A stretch of DNA of 64,000 nt. It comes from Candidatus Latescibacterota bacterium. Lineage in GTDB: Bacteria > Latescibacterota > CBDEFO01. A model generated the notes under the pieces. It was given only the letters and a program-made list of their open reading frames with translations, made no database searches and was not told the origin of the DNA. The position numbers were made by a program, and so were the translations under genes. This document shows positions 51,125 through 60,620 of the stretch, in pieces (the first letter of the stretch is position 1; every line of letters starts with the position of its first letter). Location of the stretch: assembly GCA_965248755.1 (NCBI GenBank), contig OZ252149.1:2368001-2432000 (forward strand), given 5' to 3'.

Positions 51125-51297
51125 GATATGCGTCTCATCTGTAGTTTACGTCGGCATCAAAGGAGATCGTCAAAGTCCGAGGTGTTCTGTGTAGAAAAAG
51201 GATCCCATGGGGGAAACGAGCGGAGACGATCCACTCGCACCGATGGATCTAATCGATCTTTCTCCAACCTTCTTCATCAACATCTGTGTGATACGTA

Positions 51298-52197
51298 TTA
51301 CCTATCCCGCGATGACTTGAACGGCGCGTAGTCTATCTTGAACGGCTGCTTGAGCCGTGCTTCCAGTGCCAGCAGATCTGGTCGGTTAGTCGGCACATCC
51401 TTCTCGGTGTGTCCGTCAGGGTAAACCGTCACGATTGTCGTGACCCCCAAGAACATCTTCTTTGCCCTGGCTCGCGTCACCTGCAGCCCGTCCTGGGAGA
51501 TTGCCATCCGGGACTCTACTACACGGCCCTCCCCGATCATCCGAAACAGGAACCCCAGGACACCGGACGTGGGTCTGCCTGTAAGCCCTTTGATGTTATC
51601 GTAGACAACCATATCCCCGAAATCGAGCAGCCGGTAGGTGATCATCCGCTTGTTCGTCACCTTCAGGTGCGGTGTTGACAGCGTGTCTTGATAAGAATAT
51701 TTGGTCGGACCGCCCTTCGTCTTCGGCCACCAGATCATTACGTTCACAGCCTGCTCGGGCCAGGGACCCTTTTTCACCTTCCGGATGACGCGGTCGGCCC
51801 GGTAGTCGATTTCCATTCGCTGCCCGTGCCGATAGGCAAGGAGCACGTATGTAGGTGCTTCTTCAACGGTCAGGCCAGTCACCTTCAGGAAAGCGTGAAA
51901 CCAGTCCTCAGGCTCTACAAACAGGGGAAGGCCTTCCGGATCATGCGCCCTTGCCTGCCGGGCCAGGCTTAACAGAACCTCTGCCTGGAACCGCCCCCCA
52001 TTGGTTGTCGCGGTAGGATCGTAACATTTGTGCTGCCTCATCGCCTCCAGGAGGTCCTGCCGGCTCACCTGCCGATTTTCCCAGGAGGACGACGCTTGTG
52101 CAGTACGGACCTGCACGGACAGGAGACATGCGGCAACAAAACCGCAGGCGATCAGAAAGATCACGTCCCAGTGACCGTGTAGGCTGTGCTTGCACAA
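51298..52197 (-). CDS. Hypothetical exported protein
   Basis: 299-aa ORF with signal peptide (AQA-S); GC-richer than its surroundings by eye. Confidence 0.65.
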   Translation of the reverse strand: MCKHSLHGHWDVIFLIACGFVAACLLSVQVRTAQASSSWENRQVSRQDLLEAMRQHKCYDPTATTNGGRFQAEVLLSLARQARAHDPEGLPLFVEPEDWFHAFLKVTGLTVEEAPTYVLLAYRHGQRMEIDYRADRVIRKVKKGPWPEQAVNVMIWWPKTKGGPTKYSYQDTLSTPHLKVTNKRMITYRLLDFGDMVVYDNIKGLTGRPTSGVLGFLFRMIGEGRVVESRMAISQDGLQVTRARAKKMFLGVTTIVTVYPDGHTEKDVPTNRPDLLALEARLKQPFKIDYAPFKSSRDR

Positions 52198-52782
52198 TCT
52201 GTCCCCCTTCCAGCATGGCGACTCGGATCGTCTTTGGTTGGGCGAAAACAGGTAAACCGGACTCCCGCTATGTCGCGGCTAATTTTACTTTACTCCATCC
52301 CCTCCCACTCATGTGCCAACATAGCCATGAACACGGCCATCAACTCGATCCCATCGACCACGATTGAAGTGAACACCACCGCTACTGCTGTCTTCGCCTT
52401 ATCTAACTTGAATAGCTTAATGGACTTGACATCCTTCCAAGAGATTTTAACCGGCACATAAGGTTTTCCACGGAGCCCTCCTTCACTAGGAAAAAAATGA
52501 GTGTCTGTTCGGTCATACGGCGAATACGTCCTGAGACGGTAGAGCCGTCATGTAGCGTCACTATGACCTGATCTCCGGATTTGGACGTGTTGGGCGAATA
52601 GGCGGGAGAGAAGGACGCGTTGTGGGAATTTTAAGACCAGCAGATCTACAACTATCAGGGGCATGACGACAGGGGCCGACTGCTTCAAATACATCAAGTA
52701 GCGTCACAGTCCTTTCAAGCCACGGTTCCTTGACAACTTACAGGCAACACCCCAAGCCCGAATTTCATACAAGTACAGCGAA

Positions 52783-52892
52783 GAATTGTTTTATTGAGGA
52801 TAGCGCACGCTTGCACCGTTTTCGACTCCCGGCTGTTGGATTTATGATGAAGTTGACTTTCAATTGAGCCTGCTTTCAAAATCCTTTCAAGA
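52783..52892. repeat. 110-bp direct repeat, copy 2 (truncated lipid-kinase 5' end)
   Basis: Minus strand from TTG 52863 reads MKVNFIINPTAGSRKRCKRALSSIKQFFAVLV*. Confidence 0.9.
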
Positions 52893-53610
52893 ATCGAAGC
52901 GGAGACAGTTCCTTGAAGGAATCGAAAACGTAGTCCAAAGATACAATAATGTTTCCATAATTGTCCACGTTGAACGAGTACTGGTAAAGGGCTTTGTCGG
53001 AGTGGTGGAGCGAGTGCAAGAGCGAATATCCGTAATTGGTCTTACGGATGTTAAGTCCTCCCATATCGTATATTTTCCCAAATTCGTATCGAGTCTCAGT
53101 AAACCCTAATCCCAAGGCCGGAATGCTGTAAGTCGTGCTCTTCCCTTTTGTTGAGATTCTGAAAAGTTCCACATCTAAATTTGGCACAAGGAGAGATTCT
53201 TCTCTGCCATCCCCAGAGGTGGAAGATGCAATTCTAAATATCTTGTAATCCTTTGAGGTAGAACTATACTTCTTCGATGTCTCCTTATAGCTTTTGGGGC
53301 TTATAATCAAGCTCTCAGAATGAAGCACATGATTTTCTATAAGGCATAGATAGCAGGTGTTCGGATGAAACCTGATTTCGCTTAATTTGAGCTTTTCTAC
53401 GGACTTATACAGTTGAACGCCTTTCTCCTTATCTGTATCCGCAATAGGCAGATTTAAGCCGACTAGACTATCCGTTTCGACAGTCTTTGGGATTTCTCCT
53501 GGGTCACTGGCTCTCGAAACAGTATTTATACAAGCTGTGAGGAAGAACAGAAGGAGTATCCCAAACGCCCTTGACAAGATCGCTTTTCTCAGGGTAAGCA
53601 CGTCTATCAC
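52876..53610 (-). CDS. Hypothetical lipoprotein
   Basis: Lipobox LTAC; putative promoter TTGATT-17-TATTAT at 53663-53635. Confidence 0.65.
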   Translation of the reverse strand: MIDVLTLRKAILSRAFGILLLFFLTACINTVSRASDPGEIPKTVETDSLVGLNLPIADTDKEKGVQLYKSVEKLKLSEIRFHPNTCYLCLIENHVLHSESLIISPKSYKETSKKYSSTSKDYKIFRIASSTSGDGREESLLVPNLDVELFRISTKGKSTTYSIPALGLGFTETRYEFGKIYDMGGLNIRKTNYGYSLLHSLHHSDKALYQYSFNVDNYGNIIVSLDYVFDSFKELSPLRFLKGF

Positions 53611-53676
53611 CTCTTGGGATCATTTATCTGTCTAATAATAAGTAAATACGAGTCGCAAATCAAGCTGTGTTTTACT

Positions 53677-53712
53677 AAAAATAAAGGGACCTCGAAGATG
53701 CTGCGAGGCCCC
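53677..53712 (-). terminator. Intrinsic terminator after the DUF3179 gene
   Basis: Minus strand GGGGCCTCG...CGAGGTCCC-TTTATTTTT. Confidence 0.65.
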
Positions 53713-53757
53713 CATTAGTTTTTGTTATTGGATTTGTGACTTAAAGCGTGGGCGAGG

Positions 53758-55017
53758 TTAATTCTCCCAGATTTCCGTGTTCTGCCAGAAGGTTATCCAG
53801 GCGAACCACATGGAGTTATAAGCTGGAATCTGTTTGAGTCTTGATCCGGCAAGTTCGCCGTCTATAGCCACGCCTTTTATGTTCCACATAGTTCCGGTCT
53901 CTTGATCTTTCATATTGAAGGGAAGTTTTCCACTGTTACTTTCAAGATCGATCTGGAAAGTCAATGTCCGACCCTCGACGTCCCTTTCGTAGGGGATAGC
54001 TAATCTGGAGTCCTTATCCCACACCACGACGAGATCTTTTCCTTCGGCAGTGTCGTTTATGACGTTCTTATCTCCTAAGCTGGCGAACGGATAAGCTTTA
54101 GGTACACCTCCGTTCCTGATTCCCAGGACTCTTTCCTTGGCAGGGAAGAGATCTCTTAGAGGGTTGCTCCTTAAGCTGGCTGGCTCGAAGAGGAACCACC
54201 CAACCTCTCTATAGGTGCTGTAGGGATACGAGTCGTACCTGCTCGGGTTGTAGACTCTTGTATTGTTCAGGTCCAAGACGGTCGTGGATGGATAGAGCTT
54301 TTTCCACATTCCCCAGGTCGTTTCGACTATGGGCATCAACTCCAGACTCTCTCCGAAGAAGTCTCCGTTTATGCCTGTAAAGATCATCTGGGGATAGAGG
54401 GTTGTATTGTCTCTACGGTCGTACATAATCAGGTTGCTGTTGAACAGGAGGCCAGATACACCGAGTTCGAACTGGCTCCCGTCGTTATCTACTGTTTTAA
54501 AGAGGAGTCCTGTTCCGGTAAGGGGGCAGAGCGTCTGCGATATAGGCACTCCTCCAACTACATCGTTGACAATCTCGTGCCACCAGCCGGCGGCGTGAGG
54601 ATAAGCCTTGGCTTCTCCGTTAATAAAGACGCCGAAGACGAAATCAAAATCCGACATGAAAAACGCGTCGGATGAGGAGACAAAAGGCGGATTGTTCAGC
54701 GCAGGTATTCCGTCTTTGGGGGGACCCCCTGAGAATATCTCCCTTGTCGGGAAGTCCGCTACATCGAGGAAGTCTCCTCCTGTGCTGCCGACGTCCAGGA
54801 AGTCAGAGATGCCAGGAAGGGGACCTAAGTTAGGATCCACACCCAGTACGGGTTCATCGGGGATATCAGGGACATCTCCGCCGCCTGTATCACCAGTCTG
54901 GCCGCTGCCAGGTTGATTGGGACCTCCTGAAAAGGTTGTAGGTGTGTCACTTCCGCCGCACGAGGCTAAAAGAAATGCGACCAGAAGAATCGGAAGAACA
55001 GATTTTACTTTCGTCAT
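53758..55017 (-). CDS. DUF3179-family lipoprotein
   Basis: Lipobox LASC; GGPPKDGIPAL, AKAYP, WHEIVND, CPLTGT, VSGLLFNSNLIMYDR, WFAW. Confidence 0.85.
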   Translation of the reverse strand: MTKVKSVLPILLVAFLLASCGGSDTPTTFSGGPNQPGSGQTGDTGGGDVPDIPDEPVLGVDPNLGPLPGISDFLDVGSTGGDFLDVADFPTREIFSGGPPKDGIPALNNPPFVSSSDAFFMSDFDFVFGVFINGEAKAYPHAAGWWHEIVNDVVGGVPISQTLCPLTGTGLLFKTVDNDGSQFELGVSGLLFNSNLIMYDRRDNTTLYPQMIFTGINGDFFGESLELMPIVETTWGMWKKLYPSTTVLDLNNTRVYNPSRYDSYPYSTYREVGWFLFEPASLRSNPLRDLFPAKERVLGIRNGGVPKAYPFASLGDKNVINDTAEGKDLVVVWDKDSRLAIPYERDVEGRTLTFQIDLESNSGKLPFNMKDQETGTMWNIKGVAIDGELAGSRLKQIPAYNSMWFAWITFWQNTEIWEN

Positions 55018-55073
55018 GGTTGTAACCTCCTAACTTAGATGACAATGAAGTTGGAATTTTGTTTCATCTTTAT

Positions 55074-56027
55074 TTAGAAAAGATCGTACGAATAAGACAA
55101 TCCTGTGACAAACTGCTCCCCTGCAGGGTAGTTTTTGCCTTTTAGACCGAATCGCACTGCACTTTCGAGAGTCACTCCCATAAAGGGTCCAAGTGTGAGA
55201 GTAGGAGACAGATAGGTTATCCGTTTTACATCGCTTTCGACTTCTTGACCGATGATTGTTGCGGGGTCGCCGTGTATGCCTTCTAATTTTGCGCCTACTG
55301 TGACTTTATTAAGACGACTGTAGCCGAATTCTCCTGAAAAGAGGATCTCGTCTCCTGGGTCTCTGTCGGCGCTGGTCGTTCTCCCGCCAAGTATCTCCAC
55401 TTTCTGAGAGTTTTCGAGGCGTAATTTATATCCTATCTCTGCGTTGACGTAGGCTGGAAAGGGCCAGAACGAACTCCCAAAGCTGGCTGTTATGTCAAAA
55501 TCCCACTGTCCCTCTCCCACAGAGGTTATGCCTTCTTTTGTCTGGTCTATCTTGAATTCTGCTGTAGGAGCTTTGATGCCAAACTGCAATGAGGCTACGA
55601 CGGGTTTAGATAGATAGCGATACTTGCCTATAAACCGAAGATCGCTGAAACCCGATTCGGATCTTTCCTCTGCGAAGGCGTCATCTGTAAAACTCTGATC
55701 AAAAAAGGGAATTTGGATTCCCACATCGAACGCGTCTGTGACGCCGTAGAAGACCTCAAAGAAGACAGCTTTAAGTTCGCTTTCTCCATTGAAGGGGAAG
55801 GGAGTTTTATCTCCAGGGGAGAAGTTCACTATTTTGTCGCCTATCGGCAGGGATCTTAATCTGCCCGGGGCTAAAAATTCTTCGTCAGTAGTTTGAATAA
55901 AAGTTGTAGCCTTGCCCCAGAGCTTGCCCTTGGGGAGCGTCCACGCTCCGGCCATAGCTTGCCTGGGTAAGGCAAAAGCGAGTAAAAAGGTTGTCACTAT
56001 CGTTATCTTTAGATATCTTGAAAACAT
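55074..56027 (-). CDS. Putative outer-membrane beta-barrel / transporter-like protein
   Basis: Signal peptide (AMA-G), AWTLPKG start, amphipathic strands, C-terminal YDLF. Confidence 0.6.
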   Translation of the reverse strand: MFSRYLKITIVTTFLLAFALPRQAMAGAWTLPKGKLWGKATTFIQTTDEEFLAPGRLRSLPIGDKIVNFSPGDKTPFPFNGESELKAVFFEVFYGVTDAFDVGIQIPFFDQSFTDDAFAEERSESGFSDLRFIGKYRYLSKPVVASLQFGIKAPTAEFKIDQTKEGITSVGEGQWDFDITASFGSSFWPFPAYVNAEIGYKLRLENSQKVEILGGRTTSADRDPGDEILFSGEFGYSRLNKVTVGAKLEGIHGDPATIIGQEVESDVKRITYLSPTLTLGPFMGVTLESAVRFGLKGKNYPAGEQFVTGLSYSYDLF

Positions 56028-56042
56028 TTTATCTTCGAGGGG

Positions 56043-56435
56043 TCAGTTTGCCTCAGTACCGAGTTTATCCTTATGACAATTGTCGTCTATTTTATCCAAT
56101 ATCTCGACCAGTTCGGGAAGAGAAAAAGGTTTAGTTATATAGTTTAGAACCTTGGTCTTCTGGATGTTGGGTTTCAGGTACTCATCTCCATAAGCTGACA
56201 TTAATATGACAACCGTATTGGGATTCGACCGATTTATCCTGATAGTAAGTTCTATGCCGTCCATCTCCGGCATTCTTATGTCCGTCAAAATGGCGCGATA
56301 TTCATATTCTTTGATCTTGGAAAGAGCCTCCTTAGCGCAGGAGGCTGTGTTCACTTCATAGCCGCGTCTTTTAAGTCCTATAGATAGCGACCTCAGCAAG
56401 CTTTTATCATCATCTACAATCAGCAGTCTTGTCAT
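56043..56435 (-). CDS. Single-domain response regulator
   Basis: LLIVDDD, TDIRMPEMDG, MSAY, KPF; start at MTRLL. Confidence 0.88.
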   Translation of the reverse strand: MTRLLIVDDDKSLLRSLSIGLKRRGYEVNTASCAKEALSKIKEYEYRAILTDIRMPEMDGIELTIRINRSNPNTVVILMSAYGDEYLKPNIQKTKVLNYITKPFSLPELVEILDKIDDNCHKDKLGTEAN

Positions 56436-56528
56436 TTTCTCTCTGGCACTCCCTTCTTGAACAGGCAAGCGGCAGGCCCAAGCCCTTCCCACTTGCCTGT
56501 GAAATAGAGTATTGATCTTCCGTTTGCA

Positions 56529-57014
56529 TCATTCAGTTGCCCCGGCATCCCTGAGTAATTGGGCTACTGCTGTATGGCCTTCATCTGCTGCAATCATCAG
56601 GGCGGTCTCGTCGTCATCATTTTTGTCATTGATGTTTGCGCCGTTTTTTACAAACGATTTTACTGCAAGAATATCCCCATCCTCTACGCTTTCAATGAAG
56701 GGATCGCTGCCATCTGAATATATTGGGTAATATCCGTACCCTGAATAGATCCTGCCGTAGTGGTACGGGTAACCAGAGTGATACCTGTGACCAAAGTGAT
56801 GGCTGTAAACAGAACGATACCCGTAACCAGAACGATACCTGTGACCAGAGTAAGCTTCTGCGTTCAGAGAGGCGCCAATCATAACGAGTCCGACAAACGC
56901 TGCCAGTAAGGCTTTTCCATAGCAGTTGCTCAAAGAAATGCTCTTTGGCTGTATGGTCTGTACATTACTGCTGATCTTCCCAATTAAGTTTCCTCGAGTC
57001 TTCTGCTCAAACAT
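56529..57014 (-). CDS. Exported protein with Tyr/Gly/His/Arg repeats and C-terminal ankyrin repeat(s)
   Basis: Signal-like segment ending AEA; GHRYRSGY/GHRYHSGY; GANINDKNDDDETALMIAADEGHTAVAQLL. Confidence 0.7.
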   Translation of the reverse strand: MFEQKTRGNLIGKISSNVQTIQPKSISLSNCYGKALLAAFVGLVMIGASLNAEAYSGHRYRSGYGYRSVYSHHFGHRYHSGYPYHYGRIYSGYGYYPIYSDGSDPFIESVEDGDILAVKSFVKNGANINDKNDDDETALMIAADEGHTAVAQLLRDAGATE

Positions 57015-57125
57015 TGTCTTTCCTCCTTGGTTTTTCCTGCTTCTTCCTATTATTGTTATTCCGAATTCGGTTTGAAGCTGTCTGTTGCTACAAAGACTTG
57101 AGATACACTCTGTGCTGATATTAAA

Positions 57126-57142
57126 TGCAAATAGGGTGCCAA
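57126..57142 (-). promoter_or_regulatory. Sigma54 (-24/-12) promoter
   Basis: TTGGCAC-CCTAT-TTGCA on the minus strand; AT-rich tract upstream; next to the bEBP gene. Confidence 0.85.
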
Positions 57143-57420
57143 CAACTTTACGATTAAGAAGTAAAGTTGTGTAATTTATAATAAGTGTTTGTAAATAAAT
57201 GAACTTGGGGAGTATTATCTCAGGATATTAAGATAACGTAGAGTATCAATTTTGCGCAGAAGTTATAAAATGGAAATGGTCAGGCGTTTCAGTTTGAAAT
57301 ACGACAGGTACCGGCAAGTTAGATCTTGAAGGATGGGGAGCAAAATCGGCAGTGGGATATTGTGAGCGGTTATCCAGATAAATTCTAAGTCTCTTTTTGG
57401 TTCTGCCGGCGTTGTTCAGG

Positions 57421-58824
57421 TCAGGACTTTTCACCTTCTGTATTGTCGTAAAGATCCTGTGGAGATTCTTTTAGAGAGATATTGTACTCCTTCAGCTTTC
57501 TCCACAGCGTAGTTGTCGAGATGTCGAGTCTTTCAGAGGATTTTTTGCGGTTCCATGAGCACTCCTCCAATGTGTCAAGTATGTGGAGCCTTTCGACATC
57601 GGATAGCGTCTTACCGCTTCTGTGTCTTCTTTTGGACTCCATCTGGACGCCGCCTCCGAGGGTCTGCGGAAGGTCCTCAGGGGTGATAGTCTCGCCCGAC
57701 GCAAGTATTATCGAGCGTTCGATAACGTTTTCTAATTCTCTGACGTTTCCCGGCCAGTCGTAGCTCATAAAGAGACTCAAGGCCCTTTTAGATATAGATT
57801 CAATGTCTATTTTGAGCCGCCCGGTGTGCTTCTTGAAGAAATGTTTGGCCAAAAGAGGGATATCGTCTTTTCTTTCTCTTAAGGGCGGAAGATGTATGGG
57901 TATTACGTTCAGGCGATAGTAGAGGTCCTCGCGGAACTTGTTATTTTCTATGGCCTGTTCCAGGTTTTTGTTAGTCGCGGCAATGAGTCTGACGTCCGTG
58001 TAAGTGGGCTTATTGTCTCCGACTCTCCTTATTTCTCTATCTTGAGAGAATCTCAAAAGCTTTACCTGAACCTGAGAGGTCGCCTCTCCTATTTCATCTA
58101 AAAAGATTGTGCCTCCATCTGCCTCTTCAAGGAGCCCCTTTTTGTCGTACGATGCCCCGGTGAAAGATCCCTTGACGTGACCGAAGAGTTCGCTTTCCTG
58201 AAGGTCATGGGGAAGTGCGCCGCAGTTTATGGGTACAAACGCCTTGTACTTTCGGGGGCTGTTGTTGTGTATTGCTCTTGCTACGAGTTCCTTTCCGGTT
58301 CCGCTTTCGCCGGTTATGAGAACTGTGCTGTCGGTCTTGGAGACCTTGGAGACCATCTTCAAAACCTCTATCATCTGGTTGGTGCTGGAGATTATGTTTT
58401 CGAACTTGTATTTTTCTCTCAATTGGGATTCGAGCAATTTGACCTTATCAGATAGTTCCTTGCGCTCCAAGGCTCTGTTTACTTTTTGGATTATGTCATC
58501 GTTTTGGAAAGGTTTTGTAATATAATCGTAGGCCCCTAACTTCATAGCTTCCACACCGCTTTCGATAGTCCCGTATCCTGTCATGACCATAACTTCTGTG
58601 GCTTGGGAGAGAGCTTTGGATTTTTTGAGGACATCTATACCATCTACAGGTTCCATCTTCAGGTCGGTGATGACCATGTCATAGGTTTCCGCATTGATCT
58701 TTTCTATAGCCTCTTTTCCGTTAGAGACTTCATCTATCCGGTATCCTTCCTTGCCCAAAAGGATAGACAGGCTCTTTCTTATACTGAGTTCATCGTCAAC
58801 TATCAAAATTCGGGGCATGTGCAA
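57421..58824 (-). CDS. Sigma54-dependent response regulator (NtrC/AtoC family)
   Basis: Receiver domain, GESGTGKE, ESELFGHVKGSFTGA, FLDEIGE, WPGNVREL, Fis-type HTH. Confidence 0.95.
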   Translation of the reverse strand: MHMPRILIVDDELSIRKSLSILLGKEGYRIDEVSNGKEAIEKINAETYDMVITDLKMEPVDGIDVLKKSKALSQATEVMVMTGYGTIESGVEAMKLGAYDYITKPFQNDDIIQKVNRALERKELSDKVKLLESQLREKYKFENIISSTNQMIEVLKMVSKVSKTDSTVLITGESGTGKELVARAIHNNSPRKYKAFVPINCGALPHDLQESELFGHVKGSFTGASYDKKGLLEEADGGTIFLDEIGEATSQVQVKLLRFSQDREIRRVGDNKPTYTDVRLIAATNKNLEQAIENNKFREDLYYRLNVIPIHLPPLRERKDDIPLLAKHFFKKHTGRLKIDIESISKRALSLFMSYDWPGNVRELENVIERSIILASGETITPEDLPQTLGGGVQMESKRRHRSGKTLSDVERLHILDTLEECSWNRKKSSERLDISTTTLWRKLKEYNISLKESPQDLYDNTEGEKS

Positions 58825-58829
58825 CCTAC

Positions 58830-60425
58830 CTACGGTATTGGCAGCAAGATTGTAAATTTGCTTCCGACGCCGGGCTTGCTTTCTGCTATTATATCGCCCT
58901 TGTGGTTTTGGATGATTCTGTGGCAGATAGAAAGTCCTAAACCGGTGCCATTTTCTTTGTCGGAGTAGAAGGGCTGGAATATCTTTTCAAGCTTATATTG
59001 TTCTATCCCTTTTCCTGTATCGCTGAAAGATATTGCAGCACACTTTCTCTTGTGTATCTTTTCTTTGATCTCTGACGATATTTCCAATCGCCCACTCCCT
59101 TCCATGCTCTCAAGGGCGTTTAGGACTATGTTTATGAAGACCTGCTTAAGTTGGGATAGATCGGCATCTATAGAGGGCAGGTCTTCGCAGAGTTTCATAC
59201 TAAGCTCCACGCTCTTTTGTATCTTCTCTTTGAGAAGGAGCATGGTCTCCTTGAGAAATTCGTTTACGTCAACTTCCTCGAAGTTGGGCTCTTGAGGCCT
59301 TGCGAACTTGAGAAAGTCTGAAATAACAGAGTTAAGCCTTTCGGATTCCTTGGAGATAATGTCTAGAAGTTCCTTTTCTTCTCCGTCCCAATCGAGGCTG
59401 TCCTTAAGTATGCCGACGGAGGTGCTTATGCCTCCCAGGGGGTTCCTTATCTCGTGAGCGATGGCGGCGGAGAGTTCACCGACTGCGGCGAGCTTATTGG
59501 ATTGAGTCAGCTGTCTTTGCAATTCCTTTCTTTCCGTAACGTCTCTGCAAATCCTCTGGATGACCTTGATGTCTCCATATTCTATGACGGCTGCGCTCAC
59601 ATCTACAAAGACTCTGCTTTTATCCTTCCTTGTGAAGGACATATCGTCGTATACGCCTGAGCCTTGAGAGGAGACAAGTTGGAAGAGCCTTTTGGCGGAT
59701 TCCATCTCCTCCTGCGGGTGTATCTCCCATATCTTTTTCCCCGCAAGTTCGCTGCTTTTGTAGCCTGTAAGTTCCTCTGCCTTCGGGTTGGCTTCTATTA
59801 TCTCTCCGTTGCCGGCATCTATTATAAATATAGCGTCGTTGGCTTTATTTATAAGGGAGCGGTATTTCTCCTCTGACTTTTGAACTTCCTTGAACAGCTG
59901 AGCATTTTGGATAGCCACAGCGATTCTATTGGCTATTTGCTGTAAAGTCTCAAGGTCGCAGTCGGCGTAGTTGCTGGGTTTCCTTCTGCCCAGATTGAAC
60001 ATTCCTATGGATGTCCCTCTGTATATCAGGGGTATGGAGATGTAAGACCTTATTCCCTCTTTCAGAAGGGCTTCATGTATGGAAGTATTCATTTCCAAGC
60101 TGAGGTCCTCGGCAATGTTGGGAACTTTGTGGTCTATAACCTGTTCTACTCCGGTCTCTTTCTTATAAATATAGCCAACACCGAGCTTTGTCTTTTTATC
60201 TGTCACAAGGGCGTAAGTGATGAGCCTCTGGCCCGTTTCGTCCAGAAGGGAGATGCTGGCTCTGTCAAAAGCGACTATCTTTTTCGTCTCCTGGACTGCG
60301 GTTCGGAATATATCGTCGAAGTTAAAAGTGGAGTTGATCAAGTCAGATATTTCATTTATGATCTCAAGTTTTCGTGTCTTGGCCTCAAGATCAGAGATAG
60401 TCTTTATGTATTCATCCTCGCTCAA
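58830..60425 (-). CDS. Cytoplasmic GAF-PAS sensor histidine kinase
   Basis: GAF, PAS, AHEIRNPL, NALE, DTGKGI, GTGLGL; no TM segment. Confidence 0.92.
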   Translation of the reverse strand: MSEDEYIKTISDLEAKTRKLEIINEISDLINSTFNFDDIFRTAVQETKKIVAFDRASISLLDETGQRLITYALVTDKKTKLGVGYIYKKETGVEQVIDHKVPNIAEDLSLEMNTSIHEALLKEGIRSYISIPLIYRGTSIGMFNLGRRKPSNYADCDLETLQQIANRIAVAIQNAQLFKEVQKSEEKYRSLINKANDAIFIIDAGNGEIIEANPKAEELTGYKSSELAGKKIWEIHPQEEMESAKRLFQLVSSQGSGVYDDMSFTRKDKSRVFVDVSAAVIEYGDIKVIQRICRDVTERKELQRQLTQSNKLAAVGELSAAIAHEIRNPLGGISTSVGILKDSLDWDGEEKELLDIISKESERLNSVISDFLKFARPQEPNFEEVDVNEFLKETMLLLKEKIQKSVELSMKLCEDLPSIDADLSQLKQVFINIVLNALESMEGSGRLEISSEIKEKIHKRKCAAISFSDTGKGIEQYKLEKIFQPFYSDKENGTGLGLSICHRIIQNHKGDIIAESKPGVGSKFTILLPIP

Positions 60426-60464
60426 TATAGTTCTCCTGGTCTGTATCAGAGAAGATCAAAGGTC

Positions 60465-60493
60465 TTGACATATTCTATTTTATAGGCTAAAAT
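60465..60493 (+). promoter_or_regulatory. Sigma70 promoter toward rnhC
   Basis: TTGACA-17 nt-TAAAAT. Confidence 0.65.
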
Positions 60494-60565
60494 TATTCTG
60501 GAGTAGTCAGCGACAAACCTAGAGGATAGCAAACTCACGCACTAGTACCTGTATTTTACAACAAA

Positions 60566-60594
60566 AATATAGTATATAGCGCTGATATTGTCAA
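60566..60594 (-). promoter_or_regulatory. Sigma70 promoter toward the kinase/regulator pair
   Basis: TTGACA-17 nt-TATATT on the minus strand. Confidence 0.65.
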
Positions 60595-60620
60595 GGGCGA
60601 TTGAACCTACAGGGGACAAA

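Noticed and set aside
53758..55017. Selenocysteine in the DUF3179 protein or the radical SAM cluster
   Set aside because: The frames are open with Cys at the candidate sites; no in-frame TGA followed by continued homology was seen
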